Source of the DNA: Takakia lepidozioides
Lineage: Eukaryota; Plantae; Bryophyta
Assembly (NCBI GenBank): GCA_030704615.1
Contig: CM060731.1
Location: 23,436,001-23,500,000 of the forward strand
Reading direction: 5' to 3'
DNA length: 64,000 bases
Below the pieces are notes generated by a model. That model searched no databases. It saw only the letters and a program-made list of their open reading frames with translations, and was not told the DNA's origin. This document shows, piece by piece, positions 10,960-24,858 of this stretch. The position numbers and the translations under genes are program-made. Positions within the stretch are counted from its first letter, which is position 1. Each line of letters opens with the position of its first letter.

Positions 10960-13900
10960 GTGAAGTTCGGGAAGCGGTTGCAGAGCCAGATAGATGAGAC
11001 CCCGCCAGAAGGGAGAGACAAGTTCCTGTCATACAAACAGCTCAAAAAGAGGCTGAAGCATATAGCGGCCCCGGATCGTTTTACAGAGGCTGCATTTGAT
11101 GGCCCTCCCATGGAGGGTGTGGATCAATTATCTGCCTCGGTGTTGGATGCAGTTGATCAGGAGCTCCGAGGAGGCCTGCCGCTGTCGAAAAGTCCATGTG
11201 GGGGCACAAAGGGAGGGTAGCGCCAAGAAGATGGAATTGGCCGTGGAAGAGCAAGCCATAGTCCGCAGGGAAGAGGGAAACAGTGGAAGGGAACAAGGAA
11301 TCTGGAAGGGGAAACTTCTGCTGGGAACGAGGATGGAAATGGAGTGGTTTTGCCACCAAAAACCAACCCTGATAGCAGTGGCAGTAGAATGGAAATTGGT
11401 TTACAGAAAGGTCTCAGAATCAAAATGAGGGATGGCTTGAGAGGGCATGGGAGAACAGGTTACTGACAGCGACAGATTGTGCTCATAAGACGATGTTTGC
11501 CGTAGCCTTGTGGCCATTGACCCCGCGCCCAGTTTGAGCGGGAACAAAAGGGACAGAACCTACCTCTGTCAGGGGCTGACGTTGGTAGTAAGACTTACCT
11601 CCATATAAAGAATTAATCCGGGTTTTCCAGATATCCTCTAGAAATCCCTTCACACAAGCATCAATCTGCTGTGTGTGATTTGCCCAAAAACTAGGCCTCG
11701 GGAGGGCCTGGGCTTTTGGCTCAGCCTCGAGACTTTCGAAGTTGGTAAACAGGGGTACAGGCACAATTCCCTTAATAGATTTGAAGAGAGCGTCTCTTTG
11801 GTGAGAGAACCCCGGACAGTGTATCAGAAAATGAATACTGTCTTCAGATTGCCCACACAACGGGCAAATTGCACTCTCCCTTTCCTCTCTGCTTCCGTTT
11901 GCTGTTCAAAGGTAGGCTTCCTGCCCTGAGTTTAAATTTCAGTCTAGTGCCGAGAGTGGGTAGACCCGTGAGGTCATCCAAGATGTCCTCCCCCATGTCA
12001 CAGACTGGAAACAAGTTCAGGGAAGTTTTCTGCCTAACTTCATTTTCATCAGACAATCTCATGGCAACAGACATGGCTGAGGACCTCTAAGTCAGATTTA
12101 TCCAGCAGGGTCAAGACTTGCGGATCCAGGTCCAGGTCCTTGAGGATCTCTTCTACTCTCTTCTGCCAGGACTTAGCCTGTTTGACAGGGCGGTCCTGTT
12201 TCCAAGATATAGAGTCGATTAACTTAGGATATCTGGTGTTGGGCATATGTTGCAGCTGACCCCACCATCTGACCTTGAATTCATCTCGTCGGGAGCTTAA
12301 GGACGGAATGCCAAACTCACCCTGAACAGCCACATTGGCTGTTTTGGAGCATGCTGACATACACTCCTTAAGCACCCCCACTTGAATGGATTCTAGAGAC
12401 TTAGCCTGGTTGGAGTTATCAACCCATATAGCAGATCCGTACTCCAAGGCAGGTCTAATGACGTGACAAAGCATGGTTTTCTTAACCTCAGAGTTGACCC
12501 CTCTGCAGTGGAAAAATTTAGTGAGCCCCAGAACTTTGCCCTTGCCAGTTTGAACAACTTTCCGGATATGTGCATCCCAATTACAATTGGAGGAGAACTC
12601 AACGCCCAGGTAAGTGTAGGAAGGGAGGACCGGGATCTCTTGGCTACCCCACTGCCACTTAAGATCACTTCCTCCCTCTCCTCTGTCGTTGAATGCTACC
12701 ACTGCACATTTGCTGACATTAGCCTCTAGCCCCCAAAGATCAAAGTATCTCTTCGCGCAATCAATCAATTCCTGGAGATTGGTTGGAGTCTCCCCTATGC
12801 CTGCGAAGTCATCTGCAAACATAAGGGCTGGTATGGTGGTATCACCCACCCTTAACCGAAATCCCTCACTTTCCACATCCTCGAGGAGTTGAGTGATGAA
12901 AACATTGAAGAGCAGAGGGGAGAGAGTACATCCTTGAGCTACACTTTGGTCTATGTCAAAGAAGTTGGACTTCTGTCCCTTAACAGTGGCACAGCTTTTG
13001 GTGTGAGCATACAAGTTGTGGACAACTCTCCACATCTTTCCCTTGATCCCACAAGACCAGAGGCGGAACCATAGGCCATCTCTCCACACTGTGTTCCAGG
13101 AAAAAGACATAAGTGGGTTTCCCTTCTTTTTTCCTTCCCTGGATAATCTGGATTAGAGGGAAGATATGATCCACACAGCCCCCGTTTCGCCGAAAGCCAG
13201 CTTGGCCTTCGTGGAAACAACCTCTAGACTCCAGATCAACCTCGAGACGAGTACTTATAACTCTGCAGAATGTCTTGCCAACAGCATTGAGGAGCGTGAT
13301 GCCACGGTAGTTCCCCGGTTCTTCTCTGTCACCCTTCTTGTATAGATTGACAATGACCCCCTGTCGCCAGCGAAAGGGGATCATTTCAGTCTTCCAGATA
13401 AGGTTAAAGAGGAGAACTAGGGCCTCTATCATGGGATCGCCACCTTGCTTGATAAGCTCGTTGACAATACCATCAGGTCCACCAGCTTTATATCCATTTA
13501 AATGTTCAATTGCTTCCACAATCTCAGAAGAACTAATGGGAGCATTATAAGCCATTGAAATATACTCCAGTTCATCAGGGCTGTTTTGAATCATAGGAAC
13601 AGTTTTTCCAACTGTGTCCCTCCATTCAGCAGAAGACCCCTCACTGTTAGACCTAGAAGTTCTGCCAAGGATACTGTAGTGAGTTTAAAAGGTTTTGACA
13701 ATGTCAACCGATGAAGTCACCACTGCACCTTTAGTAGTCTTCAGCGCTTGTACTTGCTGACCGTTTTTCGGCTTGTACAAACGTTGAAGGGCCAACCAGA
13801 ATTTCTTGTCATTACCACCATGGTGGTTTGAGTTTATTTCACTGTATAACTTGTCCCAGTATAATTTCTTCTGAGACCTAACAAGCTGATTGATATCTTT

Positions 13901-14353
13901 ACGGAGCTGGTAGTACCTCGCCCACAATTCTCTGTTGGTTTCCAAATTGCAGCAGTCTTTATAGAGGGCTCGTCTCTCAGCTATCTTGAGTTTAATCTCA
14001 TTAGTCCACCAATTAACTGCTCTACCGCAGACAATTATTTTCCTCCCAATGATCTTGTCAGCCACGGAGGAAACGAAACTCTCCCAAGAGTCCACTGCTC
14101 TTTCGACTTCATTTCTTGCGTTAACAGAGCGTGACTGAAGTTCTTGGAGCGATTGGACAAGATGAGGGAGAGCCTCTTGCAAGGCCTGGACGTACTCAGC
14201 CTTGACCTCCTCATTGTGGAATTTTTCTATGCGCCACTTCCGAATCGAACTGACAGCGACAGAGATGGATTTCATTAGGCTGCTCAACATTGAGCTCACA
14301 AGTTCAACAAGTTCTTCATTGAGAAGGAAGAGGAATATGTTATCCGTCTGCAG
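10960..14353 (+). pseudogene. SPX-domain (SPX1-like) gene fragment, first coding exon, split by a LINE insertion
   Basis: [37 protein letters not shown] at 10960. After the LINE, EMDFIRLLNIEL.KFNKFFIEKEEEYVIRLQ is followed by a GT donor at 14354. ATG lost, frameshifts present, no downstream exons seen. Confidence 0.85.
11477..14248 (-). mobile_element. 5'-truncated non-LTR retrotransposon (RTE/RTEX-like LINE ORF2: RT plus C-terminal CCHC), 15-bp TSD
   Basis: RT motifs KKGDREEPGNYRGITLLN, EGQAGFR, AQGCTLSPLLFN, FADD, YTYLGV; C-terminal CG..EDSIHFLIHC. Perfect TSD ACTGACAGCGACAGA at 11462-11476 and 14249-14263. Several frameshifts. Confidence 0.92.
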
Positions 14354-15399
14354 GTAGCATTCTTGTCTTTGGCTGATCCCATCTAGTGTCTTAGCTTATG
14401 ACATTAGTTTCTGGCACACTTCCCCACCACTTCCCGGGAACTTCCGCCAGAAAACATTTGTTGGCAAGGACCGTAACTCCTACAGTGGCAAGCGAAAATC
14501 CCTGGACACTATGTACCAACCAGCAAGGGCTGGCTGGGTCTGGGCCTAGGCCAAAAATAAAATTCGAAATGCGACTGAAATCAAGAAATCTAGTCATTCT
14601 TTCCAGCAATACCCAATGACGAGTCAGGTGGTGTGCTCAATACAGTCCAACTTGTCCACCACTGCTGTTAACCATTCAAGGATACTAGGTTCTCCTACAA
14701 TCTCACCAAAAGACATGTTACCCCAAAGGCTGAAAGCCCTTTTCTGGCAAATCAGCCCAAAAAACTGAAGCTTAAGGGCATACCTTTCAAAAAAGTTACT
14801 GAGTTAATGGCCTTGGTCAAAAAGGGAAAAAAACTCAACTTCCATGGGAACTGACAGTAGGAGGTGAGCTACCTTCCACTCAAAACTTTCAGAGTTATCC
14901 ACAGTAAAAGTTAGGAGATTATAACTGTCTGGCTGGTGTTTCCTTGGAAACAATAAAAAAGAAAGTAAAAATTCTGGATTCTTATTGAATATCCTGAACT
15001 ACAAGGTACTTTTGGGAGCGCCTGGAATTCAGCCTTCTTTTCAAGAAATTTGGAAAACAGCACGAGTAGCTGTAGAGTTTTGCCGGAAAAAAAGCCGTAC
15101 ATTTTGTTCATCCATTTAGATTCATCCACCTCTGTTATTTAATCATCTATATTTGGCGAATTCATCAATAATTTATTTTTTATTTGGAGAAGTTTGGCGA
15201 TTTCATCCATGAAAAAACAAGGAATTTGCGACAGAATATCCCATTTTATTTTTTGAGGTCGTGGGCTCAGCCACTGATTATATCTGGAAAGAGCAGTATG
15301 AAAAAGGGGTACTGATTGGCATTGCTATTTTCTTGCAGGGGAACGTTTCATCATACCTTTTTCACTAGATCATCAAAGTGAGTTACAAGAGCTTCCTTC

Positions 15400-16370
15400 T
15401 TACTCATCACTGCCAGGCTGTTGTACCCCCAGAAGCCAAACTGCTCAAAGACAGACAGCCAGTATCACCAAAGACCAACCTGAGCAGACCATATTATGAG
15501 CAGAGCAGCTTCTATCTCAGTAGAATGTGAAACTCCAAACAAATAGATTGCCCGAACTTCCAGATGTACTAAAATATCACTTGACTGGAATTTTCGGTGT
15601 GACGTGGTACAAGGATTGCAAAATAAAACAAACCTTCCACCACTGTGTTCTAGATACATCAGACCCATTTGTCATGTGACAAAAGAAGTGTATGCTTTAC
15701 TCACAAGGGCAGGTTGTACACATACCATGATTGTCCCACAAGCAGACATTAGGATCGGCCTCATGTCTTGGACCCCTGCATACATGAAGCTCTTCTTAAT
15801 TCCCCATGTAGCAGCGAGTTATGAAGAAAATGAGTCATGGGATAGTGACCATGATCTTTTAATTTCCATGCAAAAACAAGTGCTTCAATGAATCTCTTTG
15901 GAAAAAGGCGAGCTTCATACTGCAAAGGCTCAAATTATGGTCATAATGTTCAAGTGCACATTTGGCACAGTCTGAAACAAAGTTTCCATTCTAAACAGAC
16001 TATTCTACAGTTTTCTTTGTCTATGTGCAATCCACACTCTACTGAAACCTACCAGTGAAGAGAGGTCCATCAAGGAGCATTCACCACAGCATGCACAAAC
16101 TCTGCCACCCTAGAATGCCCCCACTGTTGCGACTGCACGTCACTTACTAAGCTCTGCTCAGCTTTCTAAGTATGTTCCGTGAACAAGCTGTCAAAGCAAG
16201 TTGAAAGTTCTATTAGCCACCATCTACTAAGACAGTCATTGGGGACTCAAATTAGGCGAAGACGTGAGTCATTGAATCCACTGGGCCTACCGTGGACATG
16301 ATGGTGGTTCTTTCTTTCTGTCTGGGCCTTACAGGACGCATTGGACGCATTGGACGCATTGGACGCATGA
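15400..16370 (+). mobile_element. Highly degenerate LINE-like 3' fragment ending in a (GGACGCATT)4 tandem repeat
   Basis: TGGGCCTACCGTGGACAT at about 16282 (reads NPLGLPWT-stop) resembles TGGGCCCACCGTGGACAT at about 56705 in the other retroposon remnant. 9-mer tandem repeat at 16334-16368. Left boundary uncertain. Confidence 0.3.
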
Positions 16371-17447
16371 ACCTTCTTCTTCTTCTATTCTTCGTCACCT
16401 CTTATCTCAGCCACCCCATCTCCACACAGCAATGACGTTGTATATATTTTTACGAATGTCGACCGCGGCAACCTTGCAGAACGCACTTAAATGCACCGAT
16501 AAGGGATGCGACTATTCCAGCTTTACGTTAACAAGCCCAACCTTCCAGAACTAGCTTTAAGCATCATAAGGCACCCAAGTTGCAGCATCTGATTTTAGTG
16601 AGCTCATGCGTCCTTCTTTGTTTTTTCTTTCAAGTCCATCAGTCTAATAATGTCCAGCATCTCACTCTGGCACCTGGCTCTTACATTCCTCAGTCTTTTA
16701 GTTCCTACAGGCTCAAATAGCCCTTCATAGTTAAGGTCTATTTCTTTTCTTCTTCTTCTTCACCGGAGTATTCTATTTTTGACATGTAAGGCTATGACAA
16801 TCGATTTCTTTCTGTTCTCTGCACACTGTCTGTCTCCAGCTTATTCTTGGCCCAATCAACAATGCAAAAGCTCATAGACTCTGGGCAGATTATCACACAG
16901 TGCCAAGTAGAGCCCACAGCGGCTCTTGCCACATTCCTATCACACACTTAGTGCTCACAATACCTTTCTTCATTCCAGTCATGTACAATTACACGATAGC
17001 ACCTCACGCCAAACATCCGCTCGAGTCCCAGCAATCTAAAACTCCCTAGACAGATACAGTATGAATTCACAACGATGGCACATGGTACTGGAATATATCC
17101 AGTCCTCCCAGCCTCCACACCATGCACAATTCCCCCCCCCCTTTCCCAGTTCTGTTCTTCAATCTTACGACACTTTCTCGATGCCTTTTCTCTATCCCTG
17201 TTCACAGCTCGTATCTACAACTTTTCACACAAGGGAGAGAGAGTGAGAGAATCCCTAATCTTTTACTGTATCACATCCTATTCACATGTAGCCATGATCA
17301 CATAGAGCCTGCCAGAGCCTGCCACCTCCCGCTTCATCACATGACAGCCCCATTCTTCTCGCCATACAGTTGTTGAACCGAGATGAACGTCTTCAACGCC
17401 CCGCCAAACCTGTCACAGGTTCGAGTTCCCAGTTCCCATAAATGTTA

Positions 17448-17700
17448 TACTGGCAAAACGAAATTTCCTTTTGCTCCTCCTCCACATCATGCAACAACAG
17501 CCTGGGTAAGGAACGCACACTACCTCCTTTATCAAATGAGACAATCTTGTCAGCTCAGCATGAATTTCCTCAATTTGTGTCCGGATGAAATTTTTCATCT
17601 ACCACGAGGGTGTGCACCCGGTTGCCAACCTCAATGCGGCAGCGACCTGGCTCCTTTCTGACACATCTGAAATTCATCTTTTTCCACACTTTTGCAGTAT
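17448..17700 (-). pseudogene. PPR E2/DYW N-terminal fragment (inverted piece of the duplicated segment)
   Basis: TAKVWKKMNFRCVRKEPGRCRIEVGNRVHTLVVD and IEEIHAELTRL; reverse complement of about 47126-47360. Confidence 0.8.
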
Positions 17701-18649
17701 ATACTGTTATATTACGAAAGAAGAAGTTCAGAATCGACAACGTAGGATGCACTCAGGCCAGCCACCATATACTTCATGTCTCATTCACCTTCTCTGTTCT
17801 CCAGCTAGTTGTCTTCGATATTCTTAGTTTGTCTCATGAGATGTCTCCGCTTTTAGTGTGCTTGCTGATTCAGTTGTGATTTCAAAAAGTTTTAAAGACT
17901 TCATCCCATATCTAATGGATACCACATATCTACTTACTAGATACGTTGCTAGGAAATTAGGGTTTCCTACAGCTTTCTTTCTTCCTACACATGCACCATG
18001 GATCGGCACCAGCTATAACGAACAAGCTACTGAGATATCAGATCTGCGATCGAGGGTTTCAGAACAAGTTGCACCAGTTTGTGACTAAGGAACCTTCTGA
18101 GAACTCCTAATCTTGAATGACATATATGCATGTGTACAGTTGTGCACGCAATTTATGAGTCTTGTCCAACTTCAAGAGGACAAGAATTTGACATGTTTTA
18201 TAACGTTGGAGAAGTTGCTTTCGCTGTGCTTTCGTGGCTAGCAGGTCTTCAGCAGACCTGTTTTGTATTTGAGAGATCCAAGCGTTCTATTTGCCTCTAT
18301 GTATCTCACAAACAAACATTATAATCTAGACTCTAATGGAATTGTTCCTTGTGAAGATCAGCTCCTGAGTTTCAACAACTCTAGTGAGACCATGCACCCC
18401 GTGGGCTACTGTGCCTACCCATCCAAGAAACAGAAAAGAAGGAAAAAATCGGGCCAGCAAACAAATTAGTCATGCATCTTATGGAGCTAGAAGTCCTACC
18501 CTGAGAATACTGATCAGTGTATCCATCACTATAGACTAGAGTGCTCAGCACTAGAGAAAAAATAGAACACATGAAACCTAATATGAGGAACAAACATACA
18601 TGTACACGTTAAAGTGACTTAAGCGTAAGGGAAGGACGATTTTTGCTCA

Positions 18650-19440
18650 TCCTTTTATTGCACAGCAACCCTGCCAGGTCCTTTCACCACCCATTGTTCA
18701 CAAACACATCCAAATGGCTCTAGCAAGCTTTCCACTGGAACTTCGAAGTTGTTGGGTGCACAGCAACGGTCCCGGGAATGAAGTTTGGTCTATGATGACC
18801 TCTATAATACAAAGTGCAAAAGCTACAACTTTTCACAAATTGAGATCATGTGAGTTGTCCAATAGGAGATGGATTGTGGAAGCCATAACCTAGCCTTGCC
18901 TCAATATCGCCAGTTGATCCTCATGAGCGAGGTTCCGGCCCAGAAACAGGCTGCACCCATTTCTCCTCCTTCAAGCACTGTCGAGTTCGAACGTCCAGTC
19001 CCTTAACTCGAGCACTTGTCCAAAAGCGGGAAACAAAACTTTGTAGGTATCCTCCTTCAAGTGGGACTGTACCAGGCCCTCCCACCACCCATCGTTCACA
19101 AACACTTCCACCTGGCTCCAAACTCTCCACTGGAACTTGAAGTCGCACGGCGGGATGGGTCGGATGTCCAAGACGTCCACGTCGTCTTCGAAGAGGGCTG
19201 TCGAATTCTCGCTTTTGGATGAGTCTCTCATACTGAACCATGCTCCCTGAAAGCCGTCTTCATCCGATCTCACTTCTACCCTCGCACCTTTGGTCAGCTT
19301 CATCCCGTTGCAGCAGGTAAGATTCACCTTCAGCTTCAACGGCGTTGTAGTCACATGAACGTGACCCCTCTTCATCGTAATCTTCGGCATATCTCGCAAC
19401 AAGGAAATCACTCACAGTGCAGCAGACGACAAGACTGAGT
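18650..19440 (-). pseudogene. Agenet/Tudor-like domain gene, copy 1 (frameshifted)
   Basis: KGARVEVRSDEDGFQGAWF, IRPIPP and VEVFVNDGWWEG; about 50 bp deleted relative to copy 2. A degenerate second repeat (DVFVNNGW-stop) lies at about 18690-18740. Confidence 0.8.
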
Positions 19441-19689
19441 GCGGGAGGCAACAATGGGCACTTGGGCGTTCATAGGATCTCAGTACTCGCGGGTACCTTG
19501 TAATACAAGTTTCGGACAACGCGTTATCCTCTTTCTGATCTTACAGCTGCCCAGTGATGATTGATCCGGATGCGATCGATACACCTGATTGGACGACATT
19601 GCTACCTAGCGCATTTCCGGTCCCTTGCCTGCATAGATATTTTTAGCAGTGACCCTTTCTAGTATGATTACCTGGAATAGAATGACAGC

Positions 19690-20067
19690 AGGATATGCAA
19701 AGCTTTGAAGATCTATGTTAGTATGACCTTTATATGTACCGTTCTATCTGCATACAAGTAGCCACGGGGGGCCTAGTGGATGAAGGGAGACACTACTTTG
19801 ATTCCCTGAAGTCAAGATCATGGCCTGACTCCCATGTGCAGTGGAGCACTTGTAGCTCCATGGCCGTGTGGGGCAATTGGATAAAGCAGAGGGTCTCATG
19901 AACAAAATGCCAATAGAACCAGATCCTGTGGTGTGGATGGCCCTACTTGGTGCATGCAGAGTTCATGGTTATGTGGAACGTGTGGCAAAGTTCTGTCTCA
20001 AGTGGGATCCATATGATGCTGGAGCTTATGTGTTGCTGTCAAACATTTGTCGGCAGGTGGGATGATA
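19690..20067 (+). pseudogene. PPR L2-S2-E1-E2 fragment, copy 1
   Basis: SHGGLVDEGRHYFDS, GQLDKAEGLMNKMPIEPDPVVWMALLGACRVHG and DAGAYVLLSNI. Confidence 0.85.
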
Positions 20068-20647
20068 TAGAGAGATTGAACGGTAGTCAGAGAACCCTAA
20101 GATCCTACGTCGATCCTATGCCACTCGCACAAGTGTTTTGTATTCATGTACTTATTTTCAACAGTTTCTATCACCAAAGTTCAGTCTCATCTGAAGTCCG
20201 AGGTCCTTCAACACTGCCATAATTACCCCGCAACTTGATCACTTGAGCCTCACTCTGTGCTGCATGGCTACGTCCAGCAATCTTCCCAATGCTGCCATCT
20301 GACGCCCATCGCCAGCCGCAACGAACATATCGTTGCGAGTGGATCTCTTGCCAACGCCTCACCATCAATCTTCCCTCAACGGAAACAACACAAAGTCACG
20401 TCCAGAGTAACGGTGACGATGAGCACGCTACAACCAGCAAAGAGAACCACTAGGGAATACCAACAGAACTATACTCAAATAGATTCCCACCCTAGGCCAA
20501 GACTCCAGAAACCAAGTGCCAATATTCCGAAACGACGGCATATTCTCACAGGACAGTGGAAAAATATTCTCGTTACCCCAAGTTTTAGTCCCACATACAG
20601 TCAAAGTAATAGGGGGCTCTCTAAACCCTAGATGTAGCACTAGTCTA
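20068..20647 (+). repeat. Block B, inverted duplicate of about 43341-43888 (upstream region of the GNAT gene)
   Basis: ORF 20257-20631(+) matches 43355-43723(-); homology ends at GATGTAGCACTAGTCTA. Confidence 0.9.
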
Positions 20648-20943
20648 TTTCCATTGCGTTAGTTACAATAGTGTTAGCTATTTCTAGTTAAGTTGATAAA
20701 GACACTCTGGAGTGACCCTTTGGCCACTCTCTCCCCATTACCAAGAGTGGAGAAAAATCTGGATGTTGGAGTTCCTCCTTAGACCTTGATGCAAGGAATG
20801 CGATTTTGTGCTGATTATTGTCAACGTCAGCTCCCCATTGTGGTGATCCACCAAACGATTTCAGAACCTCCTGCAAAAGAATATCAATGTTGCACTAATT
20901 TTGTAACAGTCTTCTCGAGCCCAGAACATCTCCAATTGGGGGG

Positions 20944-21450
20944 TGTAATGGAAAGTGTACTTTTCAGTTAGGAATTACTGTGGACAGTCTACTCAAGTCC
21001 ACAGTTACTCGTACTCTTAAGGAAGCTTTCTGTCTCGGGGAAACCCTCTCATAGCCTGCTTCACAATGCCCAGTTCTCTCTCGAGCTCTGACAGTGTCTC
21101 CCTTTCCTCCCTCTCCTCACCCCCTCCCTGCTTTGGTGGCCCGGCTCTCATACAAATACTTGTAGAATGCAACACTTTGAGTGATTCCAAGGTGCACAGG
21201 CGGGTAATAATTCTTCCTGGGGCAAAAGGAGGACCCACGAGAGAATACAACACCCGCGAGGGTAGCGCACAGAGATAGCTGCAAGACGACCTTACTGACC
21301 CTGTGGGGCCTCTTTTGATCAATATAGACAGATAACAAAGAAGCGTTGCTTGCAGAAAACCTTCCTGCACTTCAGAGCGTGTCTTTGCTTCTCTCTCTGC
21401 TTGAGACAACGAGTGATTCAGAAGAATGGGGCAAAAGCGTAGGAGTGACA
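20944..21450 (+). mobile_element. Possible 3' LTR of a truncated Gypsy-like element
   Basis: TG...CA-bounded segment of about 507 bp directly preceded by a G-tract (AATTGGGGGG|TGTAA) resembling a PPT. No TSD or partner LTR. Confidence 0.3.
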
Positions 21451-22114
21451 TTGCCAGGTACCAAGTCCATCGGGATTACAATCTTCCTGCCAGAGAAGAA
21501 CTACCAGCAACTGTACAATGCTTGTACCATGTTCTTCCTTTCACAATTCAGGGTTCCACATACAAGGAGAGAATCCAAAGGGGTGGAACAAGGGTAGGGA
21601 ACACCATGAAGTGGGCGCAGAAACCTTTTTTCGGGTCTGTTTCGAGGTTAAATTGGCCTACTCCCCAAATCCCTTAAGCATGCTTGTGTGGCAGGGCAGC
21701 AGGCAATACAGCAAGCTTGTGGTGTGGGTAGCAGCAAAGTGCAGTCTGCTAACTTACATTCCTGTCCATCTTCATACTTCAGAATGTTCATTCCCCTTGG
21801 TCCTTTATCTCCCTATCTTCTGGTTTCCAGATTCAGTAGCTTGACTACCTGTGATGAACAATTCATCACCAACTCTACTAGCTCTGCAATTCTTCCATTT
21901 CATTTCAAAATCATGACCAATCAACCTCCGCAACCTGGCTGCATAGTGGACATTGGCAGATATGTCTACTAAAATATTTCACTAGGATATCACAATTGAA
22001 CACAACTGCAAGAGAACCACAGTAATAGACAGAGACATCCACATCTAAATAGCTATCAGGCTGCCAGCCCACAAAGGCATTGAAATATAGTTTCCCAATA
22101 ACAAAAAAGCAAAG

Positions 22115-23637
<1,523 letters not shown>

Positions 23638-23733
23638 CGCTGCTGCTGAAACTCTAACCGCGCACCAGCTTCCGGCAATGAGAAGAGAGACCGAGGGCTG
23701 AGCGCCAGGCCCTTGTTACCCTACCCTAGCTCC

Positions 23734-23741
23734 AAACCCTA
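23734..23741. promoter_or_regulatory. Telo-box (AAACCCTA) upstream of RPL18
   Basis: AAACCCTA about 100 bp upstream of the ATG; a known motif of plant ribosomal-protein promoters. Confidence 0.5.
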
Positions 23742-23884
23742 GATTACCCAGCACACCGTCAGATGGAGTCCATCCATTTATCCATCCATCCGTGCTCAAG
23801 CCGCCATACACTGTCATCAGTAGTGTATGGCGAGCGGGCACCTTCGTTTAGGGCCCTGCAAGAAGAACCGGAGGGAGTATGCTC

Positions 23885-23966
23885 CAGCATTCTCTCACCC
23901 GGCACAAGGTTGCTCTCAAGATCCTCGACCAGCGCAAGGTCCGGCAAATGGACATGGAGGAGAAAG
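23885..23966 (+). pseudogene. SnRK1/AMPK-alpha kinase exon fragment
   Basis: HSLTRHKVALKILDQRKVRQMDMEEK followed by G|GT donor; matches the SnRK1 subdomain II segment (H.LTGHKVAIKILNRRKI..MEMEEKV). Confidence 0.7.
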
Positions 23967-24858
23967 GTTGGCTTCTTGAGATCCCGATTACTCTCTTGTC
24001 AACCTCTATTTCAGCATTCAATGCTTCGGTAAAGTAAGTTGTGTAGGCTTATGTCAAAGGTTTAACTTTATGCTATTTACCAGTTGTTGGATCGAACTTC
24101 ACAATACCTATCAGACATTGCGACCCTAGAATTAATAAAAATACTTGGTCATTTATATGGCTCAAGATATAGAGTTACAAAATGTTGCACCAGTACCTTA
24201 CTATTGCACATCACATAGCAAAATGACCACTTTAAGAAGGTTGTTCCTAGTTGCAATATGTTTTCCTTTGAAGTCTGTCATCAACAAAACAAGTTTCAGT
24301 GGACATACCAACACCGCAGTGTACAGGAAAAACAGTTTTGAGCTCACCATGATATTTATCAGCAGCTTTCTTAGCATATAGGTACCCGTGCCCCGCGCCC
24401 TTTCTCGGTGACCATGTGTATCAGCACAGGTCTAGTTGTGTGTGTTGCCTTCACCTCCCGCAGTATAGTCACCAGATCATCAATGTTGTGGCCATCCATA
24501 GGCCAATGCAATAGAGCCCTAGCTCTTCAAAAAGAGTAGATCCTAACCCACTGATCATACCACGTGCATACTCATCTACTTTGGAGGTCACCATATGCAT
24601 TGGCCCTCCGAGTTGCTTGGTCACCTCCTGTTATTCAAGTTAGAGTTTTAGAAGCAAAAAAGATCCACTGATACAGAACCTCTCCAATAACAATAGAAAT
24701 CTTTCCCTGATCATCTCTTTCTCTATTCATACATTACTCATGGAAGTACAGAATGTACTCATGAAAGAATCGTTTTCCGTAGCCTACTGATGCAAGTACA
24801 GAGATCAAGTCCATAGAAATATGAAAAAAGTAACCCGACCAGATGTTGCATTAGTCTG

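Larger units (their letters stand above)
17700..20067 (+). repeat. Segmental duplication block A, copy 1 (direct match to about 44669-47128)
   Basis: Identical ORF translations in both copies, e.g. 17858-18088 = 44838-45068 and 18130-18324 = 45110-45304; offset about 26980 bp. Confidence 0.95.

Noticed and set aside
16334-16368. (GGACGCATT)4 as a CRISPR-like array
   Set aside because: No spacers; a simple minisatellite in a eukaryotic genome.
17377-17388. 12-bp match CCGAGATGAACG to the reverse complement of 43897-43908
   Set aside because: Too short, does not extend, and could be chance.
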